Assembly (NCBI RefSeq): GCF_006345805.1
Contig: NC_043004.1
Location: 100,564,001-100,628,000 of the forward strand
Length of the DNA: 64,000 bases
Direction: 5' to 3'
Origin: Octopus sinensis
Taxonomy: Eukaryota
This document shows positions 25,755 to 39,700 of the stretch, piece after piece. Position 1 is the stretch's first letter. Each line of letters opens with the position of its first letter. A program made the position numbers and the translations under genes. The notes under the pieces were generated by a model. It saw only the letters and a program-made list of their open reading frames with translations. It searched no databases and was not told the DNA's origin.

Positions 25755-26428
25755 AAAATCTAAATAACTTGAGGACGTTTTCGAGCAGTCGCTGATCCTA
25801 CGTACACTTTCCTTCACAGATACGGGACCTAATCTTCATTTTCAGACTCATCTTGAGGTCTAAAGACTTGATAATCACATTTTCTTCGATAAGTATTTTA
25901 TTGCTATCTCTTGTAATGATTAGAGCTTTGCCCACACTTTCGTCAAATCGTGGCTTCCATTCCCGGACTTTGTGGTAAGTTTTAAGCTTATGCAAAACCC
26001 CTCATTTCACGGTGGTCAAGTCTACGAGTTGTAATCGAGTAGGTCAGTGATTTACTGCCGTCCCGTTCAAATGTGATGCAATCTTGATTACTTATACGGT
26101 GGAAACTAGGTAACCCGTCCTACGAGTTCCTGCATTCGAAAGAGAAATGCCCATTTGTTGTTTTGTTGAAGTGCAGAAGTGCAGTCTTCAATATGTAGCA
26201 TGTGGGTATTGAGCCCTAGAGAGATTGTGTCCCCTATTAGTGCTAGCATACTTTTCAAATTTCTAAGAAACACCCTCTTACATAAAATTCCGGCTCTCTT
26301 CTGGCTTCTTCTGAAGGATTTGTGTGACAGAAATATATCATTTCTTAAGTAGTTCACAAAGCCATTTTTCCATGATTAATGTATCGGCCACGCTTGATTA
26401 ATGTATCGGCCTAAGCTGCTTCTGCCGC

Positions 26429-26791
26429 TGCTGCTGCTGCTGTTGCTGTTGAGCGAAGCGGTCTTCGTCCCAGAGTGGGAGAAGTCCGAAATGTGGTCTT
26501 TTGCTATTCGTAAGACCCGCAGAAGCAAAAGCATGTCAACCCCCGACACCGAGAGCATCGACGAATGGATGATTGTGCATCCAGGCTCAGCGGTTGCATA
26601 GGAAGTCGGGGATAAGAAACAGGAAGAAAGAGTGAGAGAAAGTTGTAGCAAAAGAGCACAACAGGGGTCGCCACCCCACACCCGCCGGAGGCTCGTGGGG
26701 CTTTAAATGTTTTCGCTCAATAAACACACAACGCCCGGGAAATCGAAACCGCGAGTCCGCTGCCCTAACCACTGGGCCATTGCGCCTCCAC
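26429..26791 (-). mobile_element. tRNA-derived SINE, family C head, tail type 3
   Basis: Same 5' part as 3281 and 4081; unrelated 3' module ending in (CAG/CAA)n; ctgctgctg on both sides. Confidence 0.8.
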
Positions 26792-26831
26792 TGCTGCTGA
26801 TATTGCTGATAATGATGATGATGATGATCCC

Positions 26832-26978
26832 AGTGCTCAACTGCTAATTATTTTATCGACCCCGAAAAGAAGAATGGAAAAGTCGACTTCGGTGGCATTT
26901 GAACTCAGAACGTAAAGACGGACGAAATGCCACTAAACATTTTTCCAGGGTTTCCTAACGATTCTGCCAGCTCACCGC
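26832..26978 (-). mobile_element. Degenerate CORE-SINE, family A
   Basis: tttatcgaccccgaaa...gtcgacttcggtggcatttgaactcagaacg...ttctgccagctcaccgcc. Confidence 0.8.
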
Positions 26979-27439
26979 CTTAATGCCCGCTTTAATCTAA
27001 TACTCATTCGCTAGTGAACGCAGATATGTTATTTCGGTGCAAATTTATTTCCTCTAACCAAAATATTTGTTCACTATGAGTGTAATAAATATAATTATTA
27101 ATTGCTTCTTAATTATAGGTAACTAAGCTAATCTCTATACAATAGCTATAACACATTAATTTCTTTTCTATGCTCGTTGCAATCACAGTTTACGGGGAAA
27201 CGCAGACGGCAAATTATCCACTGTAGATATTTCTTCTCGTAAGACAATAGCAGAGAATGATTTAAAGTTGTTTTTGCCTGTTATTTCTAGTGGGTTAAGT
27301 GATAACGTATACGGTGCCCTTGATCGGTTGAAGAAAATATAATTATGACTACATGAAAGAAAACTTCTCAGTTGAGATTTCTCATAGTAATAGCAATAAT
27401 GACATTATTGATTTATGAGTTTTGGAAGAAGGCCAGAAA

Positions 27440-27567
27440 TTTCAAGAGAAATGATATAAATATGTGTGTGTGTGTGTGGTGTGTGTGTGTGTGTGTGTGT
27501 GTGTTTGTGTGTATATGTATGATATATATATTATCTAGTTGTATATATACATATATATATTAGATAA

Positions 27568-27614
<47 letters not shown>

Positions 27615-27655
27615 TATTTATAATATATATACGTATATTATATATAAGTATACAA

Positions 27656-27688
<33 letters not shown>

Positions 27689-27978
27689 ATATATATAATA
27701 TATACATATTTATAATATATATACGTATATTATATATAAGTATACAAATATATATACATATATATATATGTATATGGATATATACATGCATATATATGCT
27801 GAAGTATACATACATATATATGCACTTGTATATATACATATATACATATATATGTCTATGTATATATATGTATACATATGAAACATTACCTTGCCCCAAT
27901 ACACATATGAATGTAAATGTATGTATGTGTGTGTATGCATATATGTATATATATATATACATATACATATATATATAC

Positions 27979-28014
<36 letters not shown>

Positions 28015-28060
28015 GAATGTGTGTGTGTATGTATGTATGTATGTATACACACATATATAT
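27440..28060 (+). repeat. TA/TG/CA compound microsatellite with an internal tandem duplication of about 90 bp
   Basis: tatacatatttataatatatatacgtatattatatataagtatacaaat occurs near 27609 and 27700. Confidence 0.9.
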
Positions 28061-28720
28061 CCTAATAACTATGCGGTCTTTCACCAATTGTAGAAATCAA
28101 TATTAATGATAATTTCGATCGAAATGGATTATCGTTAAAATGTATTGTTAAACATTAGAATTCGATCAGATTAGTGGTCTGCATCGGCAAAAATCAGTTC
28201 AATACAGTTTGAAAATACGGGTAATATTTTTTGAAAGTTAGTCAAAGGCTTGGGGGCAGTAACCGTGACCTATATAGGTCCTCCCAGACAGGCAAGATCG
28301 ATTGAATTAGTGTTTAGTTTGAATATCTATAGCTGTGTGCTGTGAGTTGTGAGTAAATTTCAGTGTGGTATACTTCTGGAGAGAAAGAATTGGAGAAAAG
28401 ACAGTTTCAATGAGACATTTTTTTTTTAATATGTCGGAGAAGGAGCAGAGAACATGGCTTGTGATGACCCTCAGACTGGTTAATGAGGTTTATATTTAGT
28501 TGGAAAATTTCTTTCGGTCAACGTATTTGGAAAATGTGGGTGGGGAGAGACTTGCTTTTCTCTGAGGTAGGAACATGTTTTGTGAATTTTTTCTATAAGG
28601 ACATAGTGGCTTAGACGGAAATATAGCAGATAAATACAGGCCAAGGTGAAGGTTAACTAAGATCACGATTTTTGTTCAGGTTTTGCTGCTGATCATGCAT
28701 TAAAATCACTCTGGCCCACA

Positions 28721-29240
28721 CAGGTCAGGTCAGGTATGGGGACATGCACCGTTACAACTCACCGCTGCATCAACTATTTGTCGGTATTTGCTCAGGTCAT
28801 CCCGGGCAACCTGCCCAGGCGTGTCCCAGTCAATAGCCATCTCTGTGAAATATTTTCTCATCCGCCAGGGCCATGTGATATGTGACCGATCAGCACGAGC
28901 TGACACTTTAACTGGATACTGACAGAAGAGAACACGAGAAAACAGAAGAGAACAAATCGGGATGTCAAGCAACATGACCAAAGAGTCTGAACTGATGCTC
29001 CCGAATCTTACAAGCAACAAGACGTATCAGCTTCTGCGAATTGTCCTTGAATGGATACGAAATCTAATCAATAGTAATCTATAATCTTGAGAAACGTCCT
29101 GGTTCCAAACGAGTTCTGGCGGCAGTTAAAGTCCCCGGTAGTGTCCAAGTATCTCAACTATAGAGAAAGACTGAGAGGCCCACTCCACCGAGATTTAGTC
29201 AAAGCGAAAACCACCAACTTGGCAGCTTCTAGTTGTCTCG
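28721..29240 (-). mobile_element. RTE-clade LINE 3' fragment with a (CCTGA)n tail
   Basis: YS*DTWTL, KIREHQFRLFGHVA*HPD, ITWPWRMRKYF...YRQIVDAAVSCNGACPHT* then cctgacctgacctg. Confidence 0.8.
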
Positions 29241-29825
29241 TTATAGATGTTGGTTTCAAATCTCAAGATCCAGAAATGATCTGCAAAGTTTCTTCACCAG
29301 ACACAAACTATTCCGTCAATCCCTTACTCAAACTGTTATACATTTTTATCGGTTATAAGTGTGTTTGTTCGGCTGATATAATTTTGTTTTAAATTGTTTA
29401 TCTCAGGTCTTGTGGTTAATGCTGCCAATTAGCAGAATCATCAGAGCATTTGAAAGAATGTCTCTTGGTAGTTGTGCCGGTTCTCCAAGCTCTGAGTTTA
29501 AACCTCGCCTTAAACCCAGCGTGTAAATCAAACAACTACCACATTTGCAGCAAAAAAATATAAGGGAAGCAAAATGTGGTAAAGAGGAAATTTGACTTTA
29601 TGAATGAATCACATGTTGGGTGTATTTTAATTTCAAATACAAATAACAAGCACATGTGGTAGATGTATTTTAGTTAGAAATATTAAGTTTTAAGGGGTTT
29701 TTTTAATAGTAAAACGTGAGCAATCACAAGTAGCTGAAGTTTGCATTTACTTTTGGTGACACATATGTGGAGGCAAGTTTCTTTTTTGGTAGATTTGGAG
29801 ATATAGGAGTTTCCATTATATCGTA

Positions 29826-30133
29826 CTAGCAGTATCGCCCGGCGTTGCTCGGGTTTGTAAGGGAAATAACTATATAAGCATTTTTAGAGAGTTACTTCCC
29901 TGATATAAACCGAGCAAAAAATGCATTAACCCTGCGAAAAAATGATGGTAAATTTTTTTTTAATCGTAGGCTAATCGTAGACGCGCGCTAATACCCAGAA
30001 GGGATCGATATGAATCACGACTATAATATACCCGCTTTTGGTTAAACTGCACCGCAAAATGTGGGAATAGTTAGGGATCTAAATCGGAGGAGACAGACTC
30101 TCACACACACAACTTCAGTTTTATATATAAAGA
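29826..30133 (-). mobile_element. Non-autonomous Helitron-like element
   Basis: Minus 5' A|TCTTTATATATAAAA; 3' hairpin cccgagcaacgccggg then atactgCTAG|T. Confidence 0.75.
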
Positions 30134-31520
30134 TTTCATTTTCTTTCAATCATGGATTTCTAATGTGCAAGTTGTCTCGTGTACACACCGTATATCAGAG
30201 AACAGTTGTATGGTGTGCTGTGTGAAGCAGAGAATTCCAATGTCTCGAGGAAACTTTTCCTGTGGATGTCTGTTCCCAATTGTCACCAACACTGCATTCC
30301 CATTTCCATATTTATATGTAAAAGTGTGTGAATGTGTGGGTGTGTATATATACATGTGCGTGTGTGTATATACATGTGTGTGTGTGTGTGTGTGTGTGTA
30401 TTGCACACAGCAATTCATGTAAGCCTTTGTACATGTTAATCAACGTAAGATATGTATATACGTCACCTATACATAATTTTATTCATAAGAGCTACAGCAA
30501 GATCATCTGCATCGATCTAACGGGTGTAAGAGAACCAGTAAACATCAATAGACTATCCGCTTCTCTTCAACCTTCAAACAAAAATACAACTTAATAGAGT
30601 AATTCGAAATTTGCAGACGTATATACAAATATACACTTGCACATACGTGTGTACACGTACACTCACACACACACACACGCACGCACGTGTTCGCATATAT
30701 ACCTTCATATTATCAAACACCTGATAAGAGAGAAGTGCACTAACTTAAGAGTAGAATGTAATCGATTGATCATAGTTGTGAGTTTTCAACTATATTCTGT
30801 AAATCTTACTGTAATCCTTGCAATTTAAGGCAGATCTTTTATTGGATGAGAGGGAATCGGCAATACGCACTGTAGACTTACAATACACTTGTACATTATT
30901 ACATATATATTTGTCATAATTGTAACTTGATCTTTAGGATGTGGGCACAGAATCTTCTCCACTAAAGTCCCCGACAATAAAATGCTAGCTTTCCCCACTC
31001 GTCCCCTCTTCCTCTTTTTCCACTTCTTCAATATTCACATTATCCTCAACGCGAAAATATATTCAGTTTTATGAACATGGTTTAATTCATTTTGACCCAT
31101 GGAGACAGTCACTAAGTCCATCGGATTTAAAAGATATTCTCTACAATAGTATCACGAGTATTTTAGCATCAGTACTTTCCAGCCCTTCGGATTTATTTGT
31201 GTCGTATTTCTGAGAATAACCATGTTATTCCCTTCCTCTTCAGATATTTTAAACGCTGTTAAGACCGGATATGAAGTAGTAAAGTTGTTTTCTTGAGAAA
31301 TATAAAGAGCTGTTTTGAACTATATTCAACTGATATATATTGACTCAGATCACTAGCGGATTTCTTGGTTTCCGGTGTGAACACTGTCGCATCACCGAAG
31401 ACTGGCCTCAGATTTTTAGTTGTGTTGAATTACTATCAGAGATATTTGTTAATGTGTAATAATTTGCTTTCCCTTTTCCCTTAGCCCTCAAAGAGTGAAA
31501 AAAAAATTGAATTACGACAT

Positions 31521-31687
31521 GATCCTTTCTACTAAAGGCACAAGACCTGAAAATTTGAGGTTTATCGACCCCGAAAGGATAAATGGAAAAGTCAGCCTTA
31601 GCGGAATTTGAACTCAGAACGTAAAGTCGAACAAAAGGCCGCTAAGCATTTTTCGCGGCGTGTAAACGATTCTGTCAACTCGCCGTC
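31521..31687 (-). mobile_element. Degenerate CORE-SINE, family A
   Basis: tttatcgaccccgaaaggat...gaatttgaactcagaacgtaaag...gattctgtcaactcgcc. Confidence 0.75.
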
Positions 31688-31959
31688 TTACAGTTATATA
31701 AAATGATAGTGCATGCAGATAGTGCGACATATGTCTCTGATTACCCAGACACATGTCTCTGCGACTAACGGAACTCTCTCGCATCTCCCATAGCGCCGTC
31801 TCTTTGTTGTTGACCTTTGTTCGGAGGATCTGCATTTCTCGGCACGGTTGGTCTGAGTGTTGGCCAGGATGCTTTCGTTTTGGTACCTTGGCAAAATTTG
31901 ATTTAAACCGCATTTAATCGGAATAAACAGTGCAAGGCATTTGGTCCAACATCCTTACC

Positions 31960-32186
31960 TATTTCTTTACTACCCACTAGGAGCTAAACACAGAGGGGAC
32001 AAACAAGGACAGACAAACGGATTAAGTCGATTACATCGACCCCAGTGCGTAACTGGTACTTAATTTATCGACCCCGAAAGGATGAAAGGAAAAGTCGATG
32101 CGGCGAAATTTGAACTCAGAACGTAACGGCAGCTGAAATACGGCTACGCAATTCGCTCGGCGTGCTAACGTTTCTGCCAGCTCGCC
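31960..32186 (-). mobile_element. CORE-SINE, family A
   Basis: Consensus match; 19-bp TSD TTGGTCCAACATCCTTACC. Confidence 0.92.
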
Positions 32187-32599
32187 TTGGTCCAACATCC
32201 TTACCGTTTCGCTTTTCGACCGACCTAAATTCATTCTTCCTTTATCAACTGCAAAAAAAATTAAAAACAAAGCTGCCCTTGGCGTGATTCGATCTCTGGA
32301 CGCAGGTAGTCGCAAAAAAATAACGCAGTGCATTCAACACAACACACTAATTACTCTGTCAACTCGTTATGCGAACAAAAAATGGTATTGCCTTTAATAA
32401 AATACTAAGATTTATAATTTGGCGCTGATATCAGCGTGATATCGTTTCTCAACTAGCCAATTATATTATCTTGTGGATCTGACCACACAATGAATAAACC
32501 AGATCAACCTCAACATTAAATGTAAGAGCAACATGCTTGAGAATAAAGATGAGTGGGCATGGCTGAAAAATAAAATGTTAATACCCTGAACTTTGACAG

Positions 32600-32782
32600 A
32601 GCACTGACACTACGGATGGCCGTATAAAACAATATAGAAAGGGCTTGACCTACTGGGCTGTTCTTAAGAATTCGATCGCCTACCGCTATGACATTGGAAC
32701 TTCTCACGCAGAACTCGCTCGTGATTATACACCACCACCACCACAACCACCACCACCAATAACAACAAAAACAGCAAATTGA
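32600..32782 (+). CDS. Candidate terminal coding exon of an unidentified gene
   Basis: ttgacag| acceptor, then open frame STDTTDGRIKQYRKGLTYWAVLKNSIAYRYDIGTSHAELARDYTPPPPQPPPPITTKTAN*; no family recognised. Confidence 0.25.
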   Translation, partial: STDTTDGRIKQYRKGLTYWAVLKNSIAYRYDIGTSHAELARDYTPPPPQPPPPITTKTAN

Positions 32783-33459
32783 ACAACAATAACAAAAGCA
32801 ATAATACGCGCATCACACACATTTTAGGGAGAAAATGGTCGGAACAACAATAAACGGCTAACCCAATCAACTTGACACACGCAGACATGTAAAAGTTCCG
32901 TTGATGTTTAGTTAGCCGGTCCTCGCCATCTCCAACCCCAGCCACACTACAGTACACATCCCACACTGCTATCATCCCCCAACCAAAATATTCTGCTTCA
33001 TCTGAGATACTAATCATTGACAACATCAATAGTAATAACAATAGTAACAACAACAACAATGGCAACAACAACAGAGGCCATAGTTATTATTTTAGCCAAC
33101 CCAAGCACCGTTACCCGTATTATTTCTCTTCACTGCACCACTTCTCGTTTCGCTCATTGTAACAACCAATCTCATAAAGGCCCTCACTTCAATTAAACCG
33201 TCATATTTCCATTCTGAAAGACAGAGTGACAGACAAACATTTCAGGGTGACAATCTTTGTAGAATTCAAAACAAAATAGACAATTTTTTTTCCTTTAGAA
33301 AAATTTGATTCTAAATTACATTCTTCTTTCTTCAAATTCTCCTGACTTCTTGTCTTTCATTTTCTTTTCCAATTAAAGCAAAATTTTTGCTCCAAAACAG
33401 GACGAAAAAAACAAAAAAGAATAAATGAAATATAAAATGATATTGCGGGAAGGAACATG

Positions 33460-33870
33460 AAAAGGCAGTGATGATGACAATGGTGATAATAATTAATAAT
33501 AATAGTAATAAGGATTTCTTTGAGGTAACAACAATAACAACAGCATCAATATTAATAACAACAATAACAAAACAACAATAAAAACAATAACATTAAGAAT
33601 AAAAATAATAATAGTAATAATAATAAAATAATTTCTTTATAGTAACAAAAGCATCAACAGAAGCAACAACAGTGATAATAATAATGATAACTATAATAAA
33701 AATGGTAATAAAAACTTAATAATAATGATGGTAATGATAATAAAAATATTAATAATAATGAAACGGTTTCAGCTTACAAAAAACTATAACAGAATTGCAC
33801 AAAACCTTCTTGCAATAATAAAAACAAAAAATTAATAAATAAATAAATGAATAAATAAAATAAAAAATAC
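33460..33870 (+). repeat. Degenerate (AAT/AAC/GAT)n low-complexity tract
   Basis: Direct reading. Confidence 0.9.
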
Positions 33871-35956
33871 AAATTAAAGAAAAACTGTTTCAATTTTTCT
33901 TAGAAAAATCACACACAATAAGACATGAATAATTCAATGATTAGGTTATAAAAATTAAACCACAAACACTTTAGACCGAAGTATTATATTTGCTGCGGTA
34001 TTGCTGTCAGAGGACGAGGTGAATATGAATACGGAAATTTCCGTGAAAACAACAAAGAGCTCCTTCTTCCGTTTTATGGTTGGTTTATTTCATTTCTGTC
34101 TCTATTTGTTTCGTCATTATTATTATTGTTATGTTTATTTCTTTGTTGCTTTTTTTTTTTTTTAATCTTTTACCACTTTTTTTTTTCTCTAAAGTTACGA
34201 TGAAAGAAATTGAAGATGGCTGAAACAATCTTTTCCCCCTCCTCCTTTCTCTCTTCTTCTACTTCTTCTTTTATTTTGTCGTTGTTTCCTTTTATTTTTA
34301 TCATTCTTTCTTCAATTTCACTTCTTCCTTCTCCTCTTCATTCCCCTTTCGTTCCTCCTCCTCCTCCACTTCCCCGTCACCGTCACCATCATGAACAAAC
34401 ACAACGGCAGCGCCATCATCAATGTCGTCATCTTATTCTTGTATAACTTTTCCTTCTGCACCTCACCCAGCTCTTACCTCCACCACTATTTCTTCAGATC
34501 CCCTTCTTCCTCCGCTTCTTTCTTTTCTTCTTACTATATTCTTCTTCTGTTCAATCTAATTAACCAGGCGTGTGTTTTAATATCTGATGTCCTCTATTGT
34601 GAAACCCTTCACTCGTTGCTATTATCATTATATTAATATTATTAACATCACCAACACCATCATCACTACTTCATCTATATTATCCTCACTTTTCCCACAG
34701 GGACAAAAGGTTGACTCTGCTTTTCATCCCTTTAGTACATCCCCCTTGGGATCATGAAATAATTACCAGTAATATATTGCAAATCGATGCAAACTTTCTC
34801 TCACTCCCCTTTCGACCGCACCAAAAATGATTATTGATGGAGTGGCAGAAACGGTAGAGGGCTAGACAGCATATCTTACTGCATTTAATAGCGCCCTTTT
34901 TTGTTACGAGTTCAAATCCCGCTGGGATAGGCTTTGCTTTTCAGTCATCCGGCTTAGATTGAGCAACATCAGTCATAATTATGTCGTTTCAACTGACTAC
35001 ACATCCACCGCATAGATCTGTGGCGTTGAGCTAATGTAATAATTCATTTGAATGAAGGAATCGGTAAATCCCAAACGAAATTGCCATAATACTGTATATC
35101 TACATCCAGCAAGTTTTGAGACACTAAGATTTTTCTTTTCATTCTGCCGACATTGGTAAAATACCTATTCATCTAGTACTATGAGCGATATAGATGACTG
35201 TTATCTTGCCTCCAAATGTTGTTCGATTCTTAAACGGTAAATCAAAGGCTTAGCTGCAAAGTAATAATTTTTAAATTTAGACACAGGGCTAACAAATTAG
35301 AGGGGAGGGTGTTCAACAAAATCGATCACAGTACTTGATTGGTACTTTATTTTTTCAAACCTAGAGAGATGAAAGATAAAGTCGACCTTGGCAGGATTTT
35401 AACCTAGAACGCAAAAAGCCGGAACGAATACCCAAAGGCATTCTGTCTAAAACTTTAGCGATTCTTCAAACTAACCGCCCTTAGATGCACAATAATGAAA
35501 GAAACAGCGAATGGAATTTCAAATATTTATGTTAATTATGGAAACTAATGTTATGTAAATGTTAAAATGACACGATAATCCGTTCCATCTTCTACAATGT
35601 CACGCAAACTTTATAATGTCACGATAATCCATTAGGCGTTTGTCATTAACATGTTATATTATTATAGTCTGTTCTATGTTCTCTAATGTCATGGAAAAAG
35701 CTATAACATCCTGATAGTTCAATCAACATTCTACAGTATCATGTGACTCTAATAATGTCATGGTAGCCCATCTCTAATGTTATGTAAATGCAAAGATCAA
35801 GGTGTTCCGCTCTATGTTATATAACAGCTATAGTATAACATAGAAAGCTAGTCCATTCAATCATCTACAATATAACGTATATCTTATATTACCATGGGAG
35901 TCGGCTCTACGACCTACAAAGTCATATAAATATAAGGCGATATATATATATATATT

Positions 35957-36320
35957 CTTTTACTCCTTTACTCTTTGTGGCCATACTGAAGCACCGCCTT
36001 TAGCCGAGCGAATCGACCCAAGGAATTATTCTTTGTAAGCCTAGTACTTATTCTATCGGTCCATTTTGCTGAACTGCTAAGTTACGGGGACGTAAACACA
36101 CCAGCATCGGTTGTCAAGCGATGTTGGGGGGGGGGAACAGACACAAACATATACACAAACACATACATATATATATATACGATGGGCTTCTTTCAGATTC
36201 TTTCTACCAAATCCACTCACAAGACTTTGGTCGACCCGAGACTATAGTTGAAGACACTTGCCCAAGGTGCTACGCAGTGTGGTTCGTAAGCAAGCTACTT
36301 ACCACACAGCCACTCCTACG

Positions 36321-36322
<2 letters not shown>
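35957..36322 (-). mobile_element. SINE, family B
   Basis: Reverse complement of the consensus; ends cagccactcctacgcc. Confidence 0.88.
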
Positions 36323-36366
<44 letters not shown>

Positions 36367-36668
36367 TGACAGAAATTTCTACTGTCTCTCCAATACTATA
36401 CAGATGTTATATCACGGTAGTACATTCTACCCTTTACAATATCATATAAATATCATGTTATATGCTCTGAATGGTTAAGGAATCAGCTTTATATTCACGA
36501 GGTCTTTAGTTCGGTACTACGGTGAACATCTCGTGGAATAATCTTTTACTATTGCATCAGGAAAACCATAGTCTTGCGAGGGAAACTGGGTGGATAGGAG
36601 CTGTGCTGGAGTCCGTCAGATAATTTGTACTTGCAGTTCGAAAATACAAACTTATCACACATTGTCAT

Positions 36669-36871
36669 ACTCTTTTTACTCTTTTACTTGTTTCAGTCAT
36701 TTGACTGCGGCCATGCTGGAGCACCGCCTTTAGTCGAGCAAATCGTCCCCGGGACTTATGCTTTGTAAGCCCAGTACTTATTCTATCGGTCTCTTTTGCC
36801 GAACCGCTATGTGACGGGGACGTAAACACATCAGCATCGGTTGTCAAGCAATGCTAGGGGGACAAGCACAA

Positions 36872-36904
<33 letters not shown>

Positions 36905-37058
36905 CATATATACGACAGGCTTCTTTCAGTTTCCACAAGGCGTTGGTCGGCCCGGGGCTATAGCAGAAGACACTTGCCCAAGATGCCACGCAGTGGGACT
37001 GAACCCGGAACCATGTGGTTGGTTAGCAAGCTACTTACCACATAGCCACTCCTGCGCC
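36669..37058 (-). mobile_element. SINE, family B
   Basis: (tactctt)n tail; head agccactcctgcgcc. Confidence 0.9.
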
Positions 37059-37169
37059 ATGTTGATTTTACACAGAATTAGAATATTCAATATACGAGTC
37101 TAATATTCAAACTTGTCTCACTAAAAAGCCAAATCCGTATGAACATTCATTAAACATAATACAACAAAA

Positions 37170-37203
<34 letters not shown>

Positions 37204-37285
37204 CACGCACAGTTATGTATGTATGTTTGTATGTATGTACGTACGTATGTATGTATGTATGTATGTATGTATGTATTTATGTATG

Positions 37286-37319
<34 letters not shown>

Positions 37320-38011
37320 TGTATGTATGTATGTATGTACTGGCTGACTGTAACTTTATAGTCTGAGTAATAAACTGTAACGTTAATTTGACATATTGTA
37401 AAATTTTCCAAAATTAATTAAAGTTTGTTTCAGCAATGCGTACACCATCTTTTAATTCTTCGACATTCATACAATTAAGCACAGATTTTATTAAATTATC
37501 AATAACTTACTAGATTGTGAAAAGCTGCTCTTTTCTCCAAAATTACTTCAGCTCTCTAACTGATGTAGTTTTCGACGATCACATTCACAACCAGGTAATT
37601 AGATGCTCCCAAACTTACCCAGAAGTAGGTTATGTTGAGAAACTTGAGTAATTTCGAAGATTCGATACTGCGAGTTCTTTCTCAGGAATATGATAACTTT
37701 TTATGCATGGCATGGGGCACCAAAGAAAAAAAAATTGTACTTCTTATCAGTTCAAAGAGTGTAATAAATGAGTATTCGACACTTTTTATACTATCGATAG
37801 GGTTTGTGGCCACTTAAAGGATTTTCGGCAGAAATAAGTTCTGATTAGGTTTTCCCCAAATTTCTCCCTATCACCATAATCCCTATCCCTCCATGTTTAA
37901 CTTTGTTTTCTTGCAAACAATCTGGCCTCCATTTTTCTGTTGTGTTGTACCAAGCATATATCTGCCACGAATAATAAAACTGTTTGGATTTGTTTTTGTC
38001 ACAGAAAATTA

Positions 38012-38171
38012 AGGAGTGGCTGTGTGGTAAGTAGCTTGTTTACCAGCCACATGGTTCCGGGTTCAGTCCCACTGCGTGGCACCTTGGGCAAGTGTCTTCT
38101 ACTATAGCCCCGGGCCGACCAAAGCCTTGTGAGTGGATTTGGTAGACGGAAACTGAAAGAAGCCCGTCGTA

Positions 38172-38240
<69 letters not shown>

Positions 38241-38441
38241 GTTGTATGTATGTATGTGTGTGTGTTTGTGTGTCTGTGTTTGTCCCCCTAGCATCGCTTG
38301 ACAACCGATGCTGATGTGTTTATGTCCCCGTCACTTAGCGGTTCGGCAAAAAGGACCGATAGAATAAGTACTGGGCTTACAAAGAATAGGTCCCCGGGGT
38401 CAAATGACTGAAACAAGTAAAAGAGTAAAAGAGTAAAGAGT
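38012..38441 (+). mobile_element. SINE, family B
   Basis: Consensus match with internal (TA)n and (gagtaaaa)n tail. Confidence 0.9.
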
Positions 38442-39058
38442 ATCGAACAAAACTCGTCTTCTTTGTTGTAGAACTCATTATCATAGTTGGATATGTCGGT
38501 CTAATTGCCTTCCTTCTTGAAACTGTTCTTTCATATCTAATATCTTTCAATGATATATCCTCATGCACATAGAGGTACACATAGAGATGCACGTAGAATA
38601 TGCAACATTTTTAACAGTTTCACATTCAAGTTTAATAACGTCTTCATTTCTTTAACTGTTGAACTTCTACATAACTTTTCCGAAGCCAGCCATACATATC
38701 CTCCACTCTGACTATCCTTAAGGCACAACTTCACTGTGATAGTCATTCTTTGCACCATTAATGGAAGCTGACAACTCACCAACATATAAACTACTCGAAA
38801 TATATTCCATCTTTATAACTCTTCGAAATATATTCCAACTTTAGAATAGTATTTTATCAAATTAGGTTGCAAATAATCCCAAAACAGTTAAAGTTTTATA
38901 AATGTATTCTTTCATTTCTATATGTAGTCTTCCATTGCAAATAATCTCAAAACACAGTTAAAATTTTATATATGTATTCTTCCATTCTTCCCAAGCGTTA
39001 AACTAATGCACCTGCTTGTTGTTCCCTCGTCTTGTTTTCTGTAAATTTGAACTATATC

Positions 39059-39095
<37 letters not shown>

Positions 39096-39117
39096 GTATA
39101 TATGTATGTATGTATGT

Positions 39118-39189
<72 letters not shown>

Positions 39190-39192
<3 letters not shown>

Positions 39193-39262
39193 TTTATTAA
39201 TAAAGCTGCAAAGACCTCACAAAAACTGTTACTGAGAGTTTCACGTTCCCGTTCGTCAGGCA
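39190..39262 (-). ncRNA. Type I hammerhead-like motif in a pLTR-like fragment
   Basis: Minus: tgc-CTGACGA-acg-ggaa-cgt-GAA-ACT-ctc-AGT-A-acag (GUA site; weak stem I). Confidence 0.5.
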
Positions 39263-39399
39263 TGTATACATAGACACACACACATGCATATATAGACACG
39301 CACATACACACATGCATACATGGACACACACACACACACATATGTAAAGATAAACCTACTTGAAAATGGATGTGTGGCATTCAATTGAATAGTAATATA

Positions 39400-39400
39400 T

Positions 39401-39439
<39 letters not shown>

Positions 39440-39444
39440 TAGAT

Positions 39445-39513
<69 letters not shown>

Positions 39514-39524
39514 CAGACTGATAA

Positions 39525-39600
<76 letters not shown>

Positions 39601-39606
39601 GCAGGC

Positions 39607-39699
<93 letters not shown>

Positions 39700-39700
39700 T
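39400..39700 (+). repeat. (GATA)n microsatellite without a Tx1 insertion
   Basis: Direct reading. Confidence 0.95.

Noticed and set aside
25770-26370. Possible Gypsy integrase remnant (VS*KFEKYASTNRGH...YPHAT)
   Set aside because: Similarity too weak to separate from chance by eye
31755-31885. RRICISRHGWSE resembling a histidine phosphatase RHG motif
   Set aside because: Short match, no further family motifs, and the region lies between SINEs
32664-33071. Minus ORF with a signal-peptide-like poly-Leu start
   Set aside because: The Leu/Val runs come from (TTG)n and (GTG)n repeats
38561-38785. GGYVWLASEK resembling an NMDA receptor NR1 motif
   Set aside because: Only five matching residues; no supporting flanks or splice sites
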